Below are positions 30,214 through 37,727 of a stretch of DNA of 37,727 nucleotides, one piece after another. How positions within the stretch are numbered: position 1 is the stretch's first letter; each line of letters starts with the position of its first letter. The position numbers and the translations under genes were made by a program. A model generated the notes under the pieces. The model was not told where the DNA came from. It was given only the letters and a program-made list of their open reading frames with translations, and ran no database searches. This DNA comes from a virus, in the IMG/VR virus record IMGVR_UViG_3300048848_000022, positions 1-37,727 of that record; one strand, written 5' to 3'.

Positions 30214-30890
30214 GCGGAGCGCCTTGCAAAGAGATAGAATCGCATCCCGGCCATGTCTGCACCAGACACACGGCGAACCTCGGCGCGGTAGCTGATGGCC
30301 CCGGTCGTGGTTCTGGGGTCAGTGAACGCTGCAACCGCAGAGGCCGAGACGTGATTGATAGAGAAAATTTGGTTGGGCTCGTCGGTCGTCACATCGGTAA
30401 CTATGAACGTTCCAGTAAAGACCGTGCCGTTATCAACGCCGTTGTCGATCTCTATAATCTGATACTCGCCATTCATGACCGTTCCGCCCGTCATGGTCGT
30501 CGTGCTTGGCAATGTGGTTGGGCTTGTGCCCGGTATCGTCAGATCACCAGCAGACACACCTGTCAGGGCAACCGTGGCCGCATTGACGAATGACGTTCCA
30601 GACAGGCTGACTGTTCCGGTTGCTGATCCTGATTTGGTAGGGGAGCCGCCGTCAGCCGTCTCCAGCGCCAAGCCTGCAAGCTCTAGAGCTTGGTTTATAA
30701 GCTCCAGCTGCTGTGCCTGTTGCGTCTGGATCGTCTGAATAGCCGCTAGGGTGGATTCCTGGGACTCTTCCTGCCTCTCAATCAGCGGAGCCACATCGAT
30801 ATTCCAGAACCGCAGGAAGTAATCTATCGGCTTGCCTTGCCCGTTCACGATGGCAAGGTTGGCCTTGAGGCGAGGGAGTCGGAAAACCAT
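30210..30890 (-). CDS. Tail needle/plug-like protein (coiled-coil N-terminus, Thr/Gly-rich C-terminus)
   Basis: 226 aa directly after the gp10-like gene, as P22 gp26 is. QESTLAAIQTIQTQQAQQLELINQALELAGL is coiled-coil-like. Confidence 0.35.
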   Translation of the reverse strand: MVFRLPRLKANLAIVNGQGKPIDYFLRFWNIDVAPLIERQEESQESTLAAIQTIQTQQAQQLELINQALELAGLALETADGGSPTKSGSATGTVSLSGTSFVNAATVALTGVSAGDLTIPGTSPTTLPSTTTMTGGTVMNGEYQIIEIDNGVDNGTVFTGTFIVTDVTTDEPNQIFSINHVSASAVAAFTDPRTTTGAISYRAEVRRVSGADMAGMRFYLFARRSA

Positions 30891-32263
30891 CAGCCCACAG
30901 GCTCATTGTAGGAAGCCGCCGTAATCGTCGCCACCACATCATCCGTGATGGCGAACTCAAACAGGCGACCAGGGTAATACATTGCACCAAGGCGGGTGAT
31001 TTGAACGGGACGCCCATACTGGCCCTGACGGCCAATATCTACATCTTCCCAGTCCCCATAGGTCTGCAAGTCGTCCGACCAGCGAACGCGAACCTTAGGG
31101 TAGGTTTCTGGATCGGGCGAGGTTCCGGTCGTGACGTAGAGAGATAGCGTGTCACAACGATCAGGACCGCGAAGTACCGTAATGCCGCCCGTCAGGATGC
31201 GTTCAAGAGGCTCTCCGTCATCATTGCTGACTTCTGGATCAATACGCCACAGCTTTCCAGTTTCAGCGTCTCCGCAGACCGTAAACGTCTCGCCTTCGTC
31301 TCCTACGTGCGCGCGCCAATATGTTCGGCTGTAGGAGCGAAACTCACTCCACTGCTGCGAGGACGCGTCATAGACATAAGTTCCCTGCTCGGTCGTTAGG
31401 CAGTAGAGCGTGTGACCATCGACTGCGAACTGCCACGCCCGAAGGGTGGACGGCTCGCTCTTCCTGATTTGCTCCTCAAGGGCATTGTCAGAGATGCGGA
31501 TAGGCGAGTTATCCGCCCGATATACAACGCCATCATTTCCAACCCAGACAAGCGTGTTGTCGAACCGAACAGCCGTGTCTCCGTTACGGCACCCCTTGTC
31601 GTAGTTTCGGCCCGGAACTCGCTGGAACGGCAAGTCTGCGTCTCCGGTCGGAACCCAGACCTCAGCCCCCTCTTCCTTCAGGAACCAAAGCTCATCCCCT
31701 ACGCGAACGACAATGACGATGTCTCCGGGGGTGGATTCTGTCGTGGCAAATGACAGGCCGTCAGGGTCGGTCTGACCGGGCTCTATCCAATAGAACCGAG
31801 CCGACCCGTACTCAGGAATGATGAAGTAGCCGTTTAGCTGCGCGACAGAGCCAGCGGGACGGCTGTCGGGCATCACGACAGAGGTTACAGCCGTCCCGTT
31901 CGTAGAGTATGCCACCGCGTCGCTTACAATGATCGCGCGGGATGATGTGGCGGCAAATGTCGTACGAAGCGAACCTGGGACAGCGCCAACCAGAGCGAAG
32001 CCGCCGATGTCATCTACGCGATACAGCTCATCGCCAGACACAACGACAAAGTCGCCATTGAACGTTCCTGCTTGGCGAGACAGGCCGCGAATAGGCCCAT
32101 CACCAACTTCAGAGAAAGGCGACAGACCCGCACGCTGAATGTGGGTTACACCATCAAACTGATTCGTCTCGTCTTTCTCGACGAGATAGTTCACCACGCG
32201 AACTTGAGGCATCCACGCCGTTTTGCGTCTCTTGCTAGATAGTCCGAGAGGAAGTTGTGGCAT
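30890..32263 (-). CDS. P22 gp10-like tail hub / packaged-DNA stabilisation protein
   Basis: From MPQLPLG... (P22 gp10 starts MPIQQLP). ...VNYL...GxxRG...LYRV...VGAVPG follows the gp10 order, and the size is similar (457 aa). ATG 32263 is preferred over 32278. Confidence 0.5.
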   Translation of the reverse strand: MPQLPLGLSSKRRKTAWMPQVRVVNYLVEKDETNQFDGVTHIQRAGLSPFSEVGDGPIRGLSRQAGTFNGDFVVVSGDELYRVDDIGGFALVGAVPGSLRTTFAATSSRAIIVSDAVAYSTNGTAVTSVVMPDSRPAGSVAQLNGYFIIPEYGSARFYWIEPGQTDPDGLSFATTESTPGDIVIVVRVGDELWFLKEEGAEVWVPTGDADLPFQRVPGRNYDKGCRNGDTAVRFDNTLVWVGNDGVVYRADNSPIRISDNALEEQIRKSEPSTLRAWQFAVDGHTLYCLTTEQGTYVYDASSQQWSEFRSYSRTYWRAHVGDEGETFTVCGDAETGKLWRIDPEVSNDDGEPLERILTGGITVLRGPDRCDTLSLYVTTGTSPDPETYPKVRVRWSDDLQTYGDWEDVDIGRQGQYGRPVQITRLGAMYYPGRLFEFAITDDVVATITAASYNEPVG

Positions 32264-32290
32264 GGCCCGTCCGCGCATCCGTTATCTGAG

Positions 32291-32319
32291 GTTATACTAA
32301 ACGCTCAAGCCATAAGCAA
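32291..32319 (-). promoter_or_regulatory. Candidate sigma70-type promoter for the tail/ejection genes (TTGCTT-N17-TATAAC)
   Basis: Minus strand reads TTGCTTATGGCTTGAGCGTTTAGTATAAC, 25 nt downstream of the terminator at 32343-32380. Confidence 0.3.
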
Positions 32320-32342
32320 ATGTTCGGATGCAGGCATAGAAA

Positions 32343-32380
32343 AGCCCACCGGGCGGAGATGGGGGAACACCCGGTGGGCT
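32343..32380 (-). terminator. Strong intrinsic terminator inside the structural operon
   Basis: Perfect 11-bp stem AGCCCACCGGG / CCCGGUGGGCU with a 16-nt loop, followed on the minus strand by UUUCU. It lies in a 208-nt non-coding gap. Confidence 0.7.
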
Positions 32381-32471
32381 GATCACCGAACCCTAGGGCC
32401 GGGAAAGTGCGCGCTAATCGGAGGAGAAACGGCGCTGCACAAAAGGATATTGCGTTAAGCCTACAGCGGCG

Positions 32472-33125
32472 TCAAGGGACGAAGCTGGGGTTTGAGCTAT
32501 ACAGACACGAAACCGCCGCGTTCCATGCGCCGCCTGACGTGTGCAGGAACCGGACGACAATGTCTCCCACGGCAGGAATAACGGTTGCGGGTCCAAGCGG
32601 GCTTTCAAGCGCAACGTCGGACTGAATGCCCGTATCGTTCAAGATGCGGTTAGATGTCAGAAAATTAGGCGTTATACCGCCCGATACTTCAGTTCTGATT
32701 TGGCTTGGCGCAAAGTTCTCTGTTCTATCTACGCGACCAGACCCGTCATCCTTGTCGAAGATAATCCCACGAAACACGCTGACATCGCCATTCGTGGCGT
32801 TGACCCGCGTAACAACGCCAATCTGGAACCGCCCCAGCGTGTTGATAGCCTTATCCACCTGGAGCGACATATATGAAATGTCGATCCCCGCGCCCGGCTC
32901 ATGTGGCCAGTTCACCGTATCAGATAGATCGATCAGAACAGCCCAAGACGTAGCTGAGATGTCAGGTTTGGAGTGACTGACCTGAACATTGATGAACTCT
33001 GGCTGCTGGACACGCAGATGACCGTCTTGGCTGACGTTGAGGGCCGTGTCGTCAAGCGTGTTTGGATTGACGATGACGGTTCGCGATGCAGGCGATCCAG
33101 GATTATAGCTACCCGACATAATCAC
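32472..33125 (-). CDS. Hypothetical beta-rich virion protein (217 aa)
   Basis: ORF track; last gene before the internal terminator. Confidence 0.55.
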   Translation of the reverse strand: MIMSGSYNPGSPASRTVIVNPNTLDDTALNVSQDGHLRVQQPEFINVQVSHSKPDISATSWAVLIDLSDTVNWPHEPGAGIDISYMSLQVDKAINTLGRFQIGVVTRVNATNGDVSVFRGIIFDKDDGSGRVDRTENFAPSQIRTEVSGGITPNFLTSNRILNDTGIQSDVALESPLGPATVIPAVGDIVVRFLHTSGGAWNAAVSCLYSSNPSFVP

Positions 33126-33777
33126 CGCACCATGCGTTGTCAGCCTCGCCGTAACGAGACACCAGAGCCATTTTATATCGGTTCGCCGCCTGTAGCGTCA
33201 GGGCGCTGAGAAGGTCTTGCCCGAACTGGTCTGCGATCCGGGTTGCTAGCAGAGCGGAAAGGCCATCCATATTGCGCGACGAAAGCGGGGCCTCACGATT
33301 CAGCACTGCGTTCTGGTCGGGGATATTCAGGTTATCAATCCGCATCCAGCGCTGAACCGGGGCGTCATAGAGATAGGTGGCGCGGTTGTCGTCGTTCTTG
33401 CTGGTAATGCGCACGACAGACATATCGGGCGGCATACGCTCACCGACATTGTACGGGATGCTCAGACCCCAACCATAGTCTCTCGACGGCCTCCAGTTGC
33501 AGCACCACGCCCACGGCATCAGGTCTGGAAGCGCGACCCCTACCGTGTCATCCGTGATGATGTTGATGTGCTGATTGTGGCCCGCGTTCCCATCGAACGC
33601 CTGCGTCACGGGAACAGCCCAGACCCGGCCACACGTTCCGTTGCTGATCAGCTCGTTATAGAATGACGCCAAGGACGCCAGAGCATCCGCCGCATCCTGC
33701 GCCTTAGGCTGACCGCTTCCACGGATAACCGAAATCTTCTTGAGGGCGAGGGTGATGACGTCCCTGATCGTGTTCAT
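33109..33777 (-). CDS. P22 gp4-like head-to-tail adaptor
   Basis: The N-terminus IRDVITLALKKISVI...AADALASLASFYNELISNG parallels gp4 (LVRAALRKLGV...AVDDLEAMMAEWYQDG); synteny. Confidence 0.5.
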   Translation of the reverse strand: MNTIRDVITLALKKISVIRGSGQPKAQDAADALASLASFYNELISNGTCGRVWAVPVTQAFDGNAGHNQHINIITDDTVGVALPDLMPWAWCCNWRPSRDYGWGLSIPYNVGERMPPDMSVVRITSKNDDNRATYLYDAPVQRWMRIDNLNIPDQNAVLNREAPLSSRNMDGLSALLATRIADQFGQDLLSALTLQAANRYKMALVSRYGEADNAWCGDYVG

Positions 33778-33779
33778 GA

Positions 33780-34115
33780 TTAGTCTTCTTGCGCGGCGGC
33801 TTGGCGCTTCTCGTAGTCCTCACGAGCCTCACGCAGGGACTTCAGCGAAGCATTAGCGCGAAACGGGACGTTATGCTCGTCCAGCCACGCACGCAGGGTT
33901 TCGGTTTCAGCTTCTTCAGCCTCCGCCTGACCCGCCTTCACGTCGTCCTTGTCGGACTCGCCTGACACCTCGAAAAAGCGATTGGTGGCGAAGCGCGACA
34001 GAAGGTCTTTGTCCTTCACGTCAACAGCCTTGCCGCCTCGCTCAAAAGTGTAGCCGTGCTGGACGATCTCTTCCTGACCTTCGGGGAACTCGCCGTGGTA
34101 TTTTACGCTAGCCAT
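33780..34115 (-). CDS. Hypothetical head-module protein with C-terminal HeH/SAP-like motif
   Basis: ETLRAWLDEHNVPFRANASLKSLREA. Confidence 0.5.
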   Translation of the reverse strand: MASVKYHGEFPEGQEEIVQHGYTFERGGKAVDVKDKDLLSRFATNRFFEVSGESDKDDVKAGQAEAEEAETETLRAWLDEHNVPFRANASLKSLREAREDYEKRQAAAQED

Positions 34116-34180
34116 ATGGACCTCTCCTGTAGAATGGGGCGACCACCACTATAGCAGCCGCCCCACCTTAACGCATGAGC

Positions 34181-34633
34181 TTACTGTTGGGGCTCTTCGT
34201 ATTCGTACTCAATCGAAACGGAGATGGTACCAGCAGTGGCGACCGTTCCCGCTGCGAAAGCAGCCGTGACCAGCAGTCGGTTGGCCGACGCACCAGTCGA
34301 GAAGAAGACGCCGGTCGTCGCCATAACATCGACCACGCCGCCTGCCGTGGTGACGGTGTTGGCCGCAAGGTAGCGGTCAACGTCGGCCACAACCGCGCCG
34401 TAACCGTTGTCTCCAATGTTCAGCGTGGTCGCGCCGCCGAGAGCGTCAGACTTGACGATCAGGGAGCGAACGAGAGCGCCGTAGGGAAGGTAGAACAGCG
34501 GCATGGTGTCAGTTGTGGTTGCACCGACAGGCACATCGACAATGGCGTGTTGAGCGCGAACCTGACCACCGCCAGCACCGAATGCTGGAATGGGAGCGCC
34601 GCGCGCGATTTGACGGGAGTTGATAACAGCCAA
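34181..34633 (-). CDS. Hypothetical beta-rich capsid-associated protein (150 aa; TTG start)
   Basis: Immediately downstream of the capsid gene; AGAAGGA 8-9 nt upstream of TTG 34633. Confidence 0.5.
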   Translation of the reverse strand: MAVINSRQIARGAPIPAFGAGGGQVRAQHAIVDVPVGATTTDTMPLFYLPYGALVRSLIVKSDALGGATTLNIGDNGYGAVVADVDRYLAANTVTTAGGVVDVMATTGVFFSTGASANRLLVTAAFAAGTVATAGTISVSIEYEYEEPQQ

Positions 34634-34654
34634 GTTAGTATTCCTTCTATCGTT

Positions 34655-34684
34655 CCCCGGCCTAGCGGTATTGCCAGACCGGGG
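34655..34684 (-). other. 12-bp hairpin without U-tract right after the capsid stop codon (RNA stabiliser or attenuator candidate)
   Basis: Minus strand: CCCCGGUCUGGC-AAUACC-GCUAGGCCGGGG (2 G.U pairs). Confidence 0.45.
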
Positions 34685-34697
34685 GAATGACTAGTGG

Positions 34698-35828
34698 TTA
34701 GACGCTAGCGGGTGCAGCGGTGAAAATGCTGTACGTGCCATATTGGACCCCGCGATACGAAGTCTTCTTGATGCCGATGCACTCTTCGATGGCCTTGGCA
34801 GGGCGGAACTCATAGTCTTGCGAGTTGTCCGTGATCAGGCGTGGTTGTTGACCCCACGCGACAGCCAAAGCCGATTGACCAACCAGGGTGGCTTGAGCAA
34901 CGTCAGTGCCAGCAGCACCAGCACCAGGAATCAGCGTCAAGTCTGCCAGTTCCTTGATGATCATGCCATTCCACAGCAGGTCGCCATTGCGGAACAGAGG
35001 ATTGTCCTTGCCGCGCTCCATGGCGTCCCGATTGGCTTGGAACATCGTTGGGTCACGGCGAAGGTCGCGCATTTGACGACGGTGGACGAAGACAACGTAC
35101 CACTCTTCGCCGTCCTTGGTCATGTACGGGTTGATGGCTGGTCCCGTCGCGGCGATGTCGGCAGTTCCAGCAGCGCGTTCACGGGCCAGATCAAGAACAG
35201 CCGTGCTCATCTTGTCGGCGGTGTCATCCAAGGTCGCCAGAGCCGTGGCCATGACGTTGGACGAACCGTTCGACACCAGAACGCCAAACTGAACACGGTC
35301 AGCGTTGTTGACGAGGAAGGCGTTGCGCTCGGCAGCGGTGGCGTCGGTGTAGCGAACCACAGAGTCCGGCGAGTAATAGCCGTCAGCTTGCAGCGCGCCG
35401 CGAACGACGATGCCGTTCATCTGGTCGATCAGGCCGACCTTCAGAACAAGGCGAGCGGCCCAGTCACGCAGCGAAGGACCAGCAAGGCGCAGAATGTCCA
35501 TATTGCTGCGATAGCTGGACGACTTCGGAACCTTTACGGCGTTACGACGCCAACGCGTGGTGATCTTATCCGCGAACTGCTCAAGATCAACTTCGTTGCC
35601 CTCAAGCACTTGGCCGTCAGACACGCCGCCATTCTTGATGACACCCAGCAGCGGGACAATGATGTCCATGCCGCCATCAGTCTTGGACTCACGGAAGACG
35701 CGGATGATCGCGTCAGCACCTTCACCCATGAACCGATCAAAACCGGACTGACGGATGTAGGGCTTGTAGTAGTCGTTAATGAGCCACTTGGTCTCATTAA
35801 GGGCTGAGTTAATTACGGCTTCGGCCAT
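34698..35828 (-). CDS. Major capsid protein (N4-gp56-like family)
   Basis: 376 aa. The N-terminus NETKWLINDYYKPYIRQSGFDRFMGEGADAIIRV...LEGNE fits that family's pattern. It follows the scaffold gene. Confidence 0.8.
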   Translation of the reverse strand: MAEAVINSALNETKWLINDYYKPYIRQSGFDRFMGEGADAIIRVFRESKTDGGMDIIVPLLGVIKNGGVSDGQVLEGNEVDLEQFADKITTRWRRNAVKVPKSSSYRSNMDILRLAGPSLRDWAARLVLKVGLIDQMNGIVVRGALQADGYYSPDSVVRYTDATAAERNAFLVNNADRVQFGVLVSNGSSNVMATALATLDDTADKMSTAVLDLARERAAGTADIAATGPAINPYMTKDGEEWYVVFVHRRQMRDLRRDPTMFQANRDAMERGKDNPLFRNGDLLWNGMIIKELADLTLIPGAGAAGTDVAQATLVGQSALAVAWGQQPRLITDNSQDYEFRPAKAIEECIGIKKTSYRGVQYGTYSIFTAAPASV

Positions 35829-36586
35829 TAGTTATCCAATGCGAATTTCACCTCCCCCCAATCCGCATTTGCCGGAACCTTGCTGCCCGATCCTGGGACG
35901 TTTGCGAGACTACGCGGCGCTCTAGGGAGAGACGGTTTCTGGGATGCAGACGTTTCCGTATGCGGTTGAGAAACAATCCAGCCCTGGCTAACAGCGTAGT
36001 CTTTGGCGAACTCCTCAGGAGATTTGCCATTCAACGTCTGGTGGGTCAGTGATCGTTGGTATTTCTGGACGACGTATTCGACGGGTGACGCTTCATTGTG
36101 AACCTTGATGCTAAGCGTCGGATCGGTCTTGGCTTGATCCTGCGCCCATGCAATCGCGGCCTCAACGGTTTCCTTGCCGTACTTAGTTTCGGCCTTGAAA
36201 CCGCTGATCTCAGCCCGAGAAGCAAACTGCTCCTGAGCCCGCTGATCTAGCCACCACTGGTTAAACCCTTGCGGGTCTTCGTATGCATCTGGAATGGCTT
36301 GGGGCTGCTGCTGGACAACAGGCGCTGCCTGCACCGGCTTACTGGCCTCAAGGGCCGCTAGCCGACGCTCTAGCTCCTGCCTTGCCTCGCGCTCCTTCTT
36401 CATCGTCGCGTATGGAACCATATGCGGCGCTTCAGTGGATGGCTCAGCAGTCTCCGTGACTTCTGGCGTCTCAGGCTCTTCGACTGTCTCTACCGCTACC
36501 GGCTCAACAGTTTCAGCGACTCCCTCAACGTGATCACCAGCTTCTGCAAGCCAGTCATCGCCCATAGTGTCAACAGCATCAACCAT
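35828..36586 (-). CDS. Scaffolding protein
   Basis: 252 aa, very acidic N-terminus, helical/charged; located between the portal and capsid genes. Confidence 0.6.
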   Translation of the reverse strand: MVDAVDTMGDDWLAEAGDHVEGVAETVEPVAVETVEEPETPEVTETAEPSTEAPHMVPYATMKKEREARQELERRLAALEASKPVQAAPVVQQQPQAIPDAYEDPQGFNQWWLDQRAQEQFASRAEISGFKAETKYGKETVEAAIAWAQDQAKTDPTLSIKVHNEASPVEYVVQKYQRSLTHQTLNGKSPEEFAKDYAVSQGWIVSQPHTETSASQKPSLPRAPRSLANVPGSGSKVPANADWGEVKFALDN

Positions 36587-36691
36587 TCGTATTCCCGTCC
36601 TGCCCGATTATCGGCGGCAATCCCGTGTACGCCCTGTTATCGGAGGCGAACCGTGGTTGTATAAATACAGCCTATCGACACGCTGCGCAAG

Positions 36692-37727
36692 TTAGGTTGC
36701 GTCTATGGTCTGCCCCATCTGGAACTGAGCGGCCTTCAGCACTGTATCGGCCTCTGTACCGCGCGCCTGAGCCTCGGTCAGTTCGGCCTTGGCGTTGTCC
36801 ATGCGGATTTTTGCCTCTGCTGTCAGTTTGGCAAGCTCGGCCTGCATCTGCTGCATTTGCTGCTGCATCTGAGCCTGCTGTTGCGCAGCCGGATCATCCC
36901 CGCCCTTCGCCTCCTCAATGATGTCGCGGACAGCCTGCTTGTCGGAGATGGCAGACAGGGCCAGCCCGACTTTGAACGACGCCTCGGGGCCAATCGCAGC
37001 GGCCAGAGCGGGCAGCATGGGCGACAGGGCCTCAAACTGTTCAGCTTGCAGGTTCGCCGTGTCAGGAACCGTCTCGACCTCAATGTCGATGTCCATCGTG
37101 GCGAGGTTGTTCATGATCTGCGGAGGGGCGACGCCTTGCTGCTGCATAGCCTGCATAATTTCGGGCGGAACCGGATTGCCCTCGGCGTCGGCAGGTTGAT
37201 TGACCGGCAGGAACTCTTGCTTGCCCTCTGCCCCCGTAATACGCACCCACCACGGTTCGGTCTTGAATTGCTTGAGGCGCATCCAGACTTGGTCCCAGAT
37301 GCCTCCCTCCCAGTCTTCCAGGCGACCAAGGGCGCGAGCAATCTCGGTCATACCTGCCTGTTGCTGGATCAGCTTGGCGCGTCCCGAGGCAGATGCAGTC
37401 GATGCGTCAGACAGCACAGCGGGCGTAGGGGCTTGGCGAACAAGGGCCTGCCTCGCATCGCCAATCATCATCTGGATGCTCTGCATCAGGTCTTGCGTCG
37501 GCACGATTGACCAACCCGCAGGCAATGCGCCGTCAGGTTTAGCGGCCTCCGCCTTGGCTGTCTGTGCAGTAGCGTCAGGCGGGAAGTTCGGATCAGTCAC
37601 CTGAATCTGACGGCTGTTGGCCAGATGCAGCGCGCGGGAGCTATATGCGTTAAGCTCATCCTGCGGCGACAGCATCGAACGCGTCAGGCCATAGCGCTGA
37701 TTATCGATGTCGATGAAGCACGACCCC
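36692..37727 (-). CDS. Portal protein, C-terminal part (37601..37727 duplicates 1..127)
   Basis: The frame stays open to the window end and is in phase with 1..1008. The Gln-rich helical tail QQQAQMQQQMQQMQAELAKLTAEAK recalls the P22 portal barrel. Confidence 0.8.
   Translation of the reverse strand, partial: GSCFIDIDNQRYGLTRSMLSPQDELNAYSSRALHLANSRQIQVTDPNFPPDATAQTAKAEAAKPDGALPAGWSIVPTQDLMQSIQMMIGDARQALVRQAPTPAVLSDASTASASGRAKLIQQQAGMTEIARALGRLEDWEGGIWDQVWMRLKQFKTEPWWVRITGAEGKQEFLPVNQPADAEGNPVPPEIMQAMQQQGVAPPQIMNNLATMDIDIEVETVPDTANLQAEQFEALSPMLPALAAAIGPEASFKVGLALSAISDKQAVRDIIEEAKGGDDPAAQQQAQMQQQMQQMQAELAKLTAEAKIRMDNAKAELTEAQARGTEADTVLKAAQFQMGQTIDAT
37601..37727. repeat. Terminal direct repeat, copy 2
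   Basis: Identical to 1..127. Confidence 0.9.

Noticed and set aside
34743-35807. 354-aa plus-strand ORF
   Set aside because: It is exactly antisense to the major capsid gene, has an R/V/G-rich unnatural composition and has no RBS. This is a typical GC-rich shadow ORF. The same applies to 27348..28292(+), 36857..37510(+), 37200..37604(+), 5074..5484(+) and 6359..6889(+).
36411-36445. Cassette-like sequence CTGAGCCAT-N16-TATGGT on the minus strand inside the scaffold gene
   Set aside because: The -35 is degenerate (TGAGCC). It lies within coding sequence (HMVPYA) and is not followed by the conserved leader or RBS. It is probably a chance partial match.
36662-36690. TTGCGC-N17-TATTTA promoter-like element between the portal and scaffold genes, plus palindromes TGTATTTATACA and CCGATAATCGG
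   Set aside because: It is plausible but unsupported: a single weak match in a short AT-rich gap. It was not annotated as a feature.

Overview
The window is one complete, GC-rich tailed-phage genome. Bases 1-127 are identical to 37601-37727, so the unique length is 37,600 bp, and the portal gene closes across the junction. I found no integrase, CI-type repressor, tRNA, rRNA or CRISPR array. The morphogenesis module is P22-like and podovirus-type: gp3-like TerS, TerL, portal, scaffold, N4-gp56-like capsid, gp4-like and gp10-like proteins, a needle-like protein, four ejection proteins and a beta-helix tailspike. The accessory genes point to an alphaproteobacterial host (GcrA-like, GapR/DUF2312-like, DUF1376, DnaA-domain-IV-like, KGG). 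Layout: (i) A minus-strand super-operon runs 10124->1 and continues 37727->20634. In order it holds a Cro-like HTH, HNH, DnaA_C-like and DUF1376 replication genes, TerS, Lar, an HNH-AP2 homing endonuclease, a C5-methyltransferase and small genes. A hairpin terminator follows, then TerL, the head, tail and ejection genes, the tailspike, and a lysis cassette with overlapped Rz/Rz1. (ii) Two plus-strand early blocks lie at 10242-13207 (Rad52-like SSAP, GapR-like, SSB-tail protein, NinB) and 15029-20637 (many small ORFs, four tiny membrane proteins, a lipoprotein). (iii) An inverted minus-strand island at 13191-14883 holds RusA, a GcrA-like gene and an HTH gene. Most interesting observations: the C5-MTase locus reads as MTase-like peptide in two overlapping frames. 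A 6-copy promoter/leader cassette (CTTGACCAT-N-TATGGTG) is present. One of those promoters drives a ~187-nt structured, terminator-ended RNA upstream of the homing endonuclease. A G8 tract sits in the spacer of the MTase promoter. Three classes of 28-31-nt nucleotide-identical 'linker' repeats are shared collinearly by two otherwise unrelated ORFs 6.7 kb apart. Seven ORFs shorter than 60 aa that are missing from the ORF track are supported by stop/start coupling. All functional calls rest on motif recognition by eye; no database search was run.
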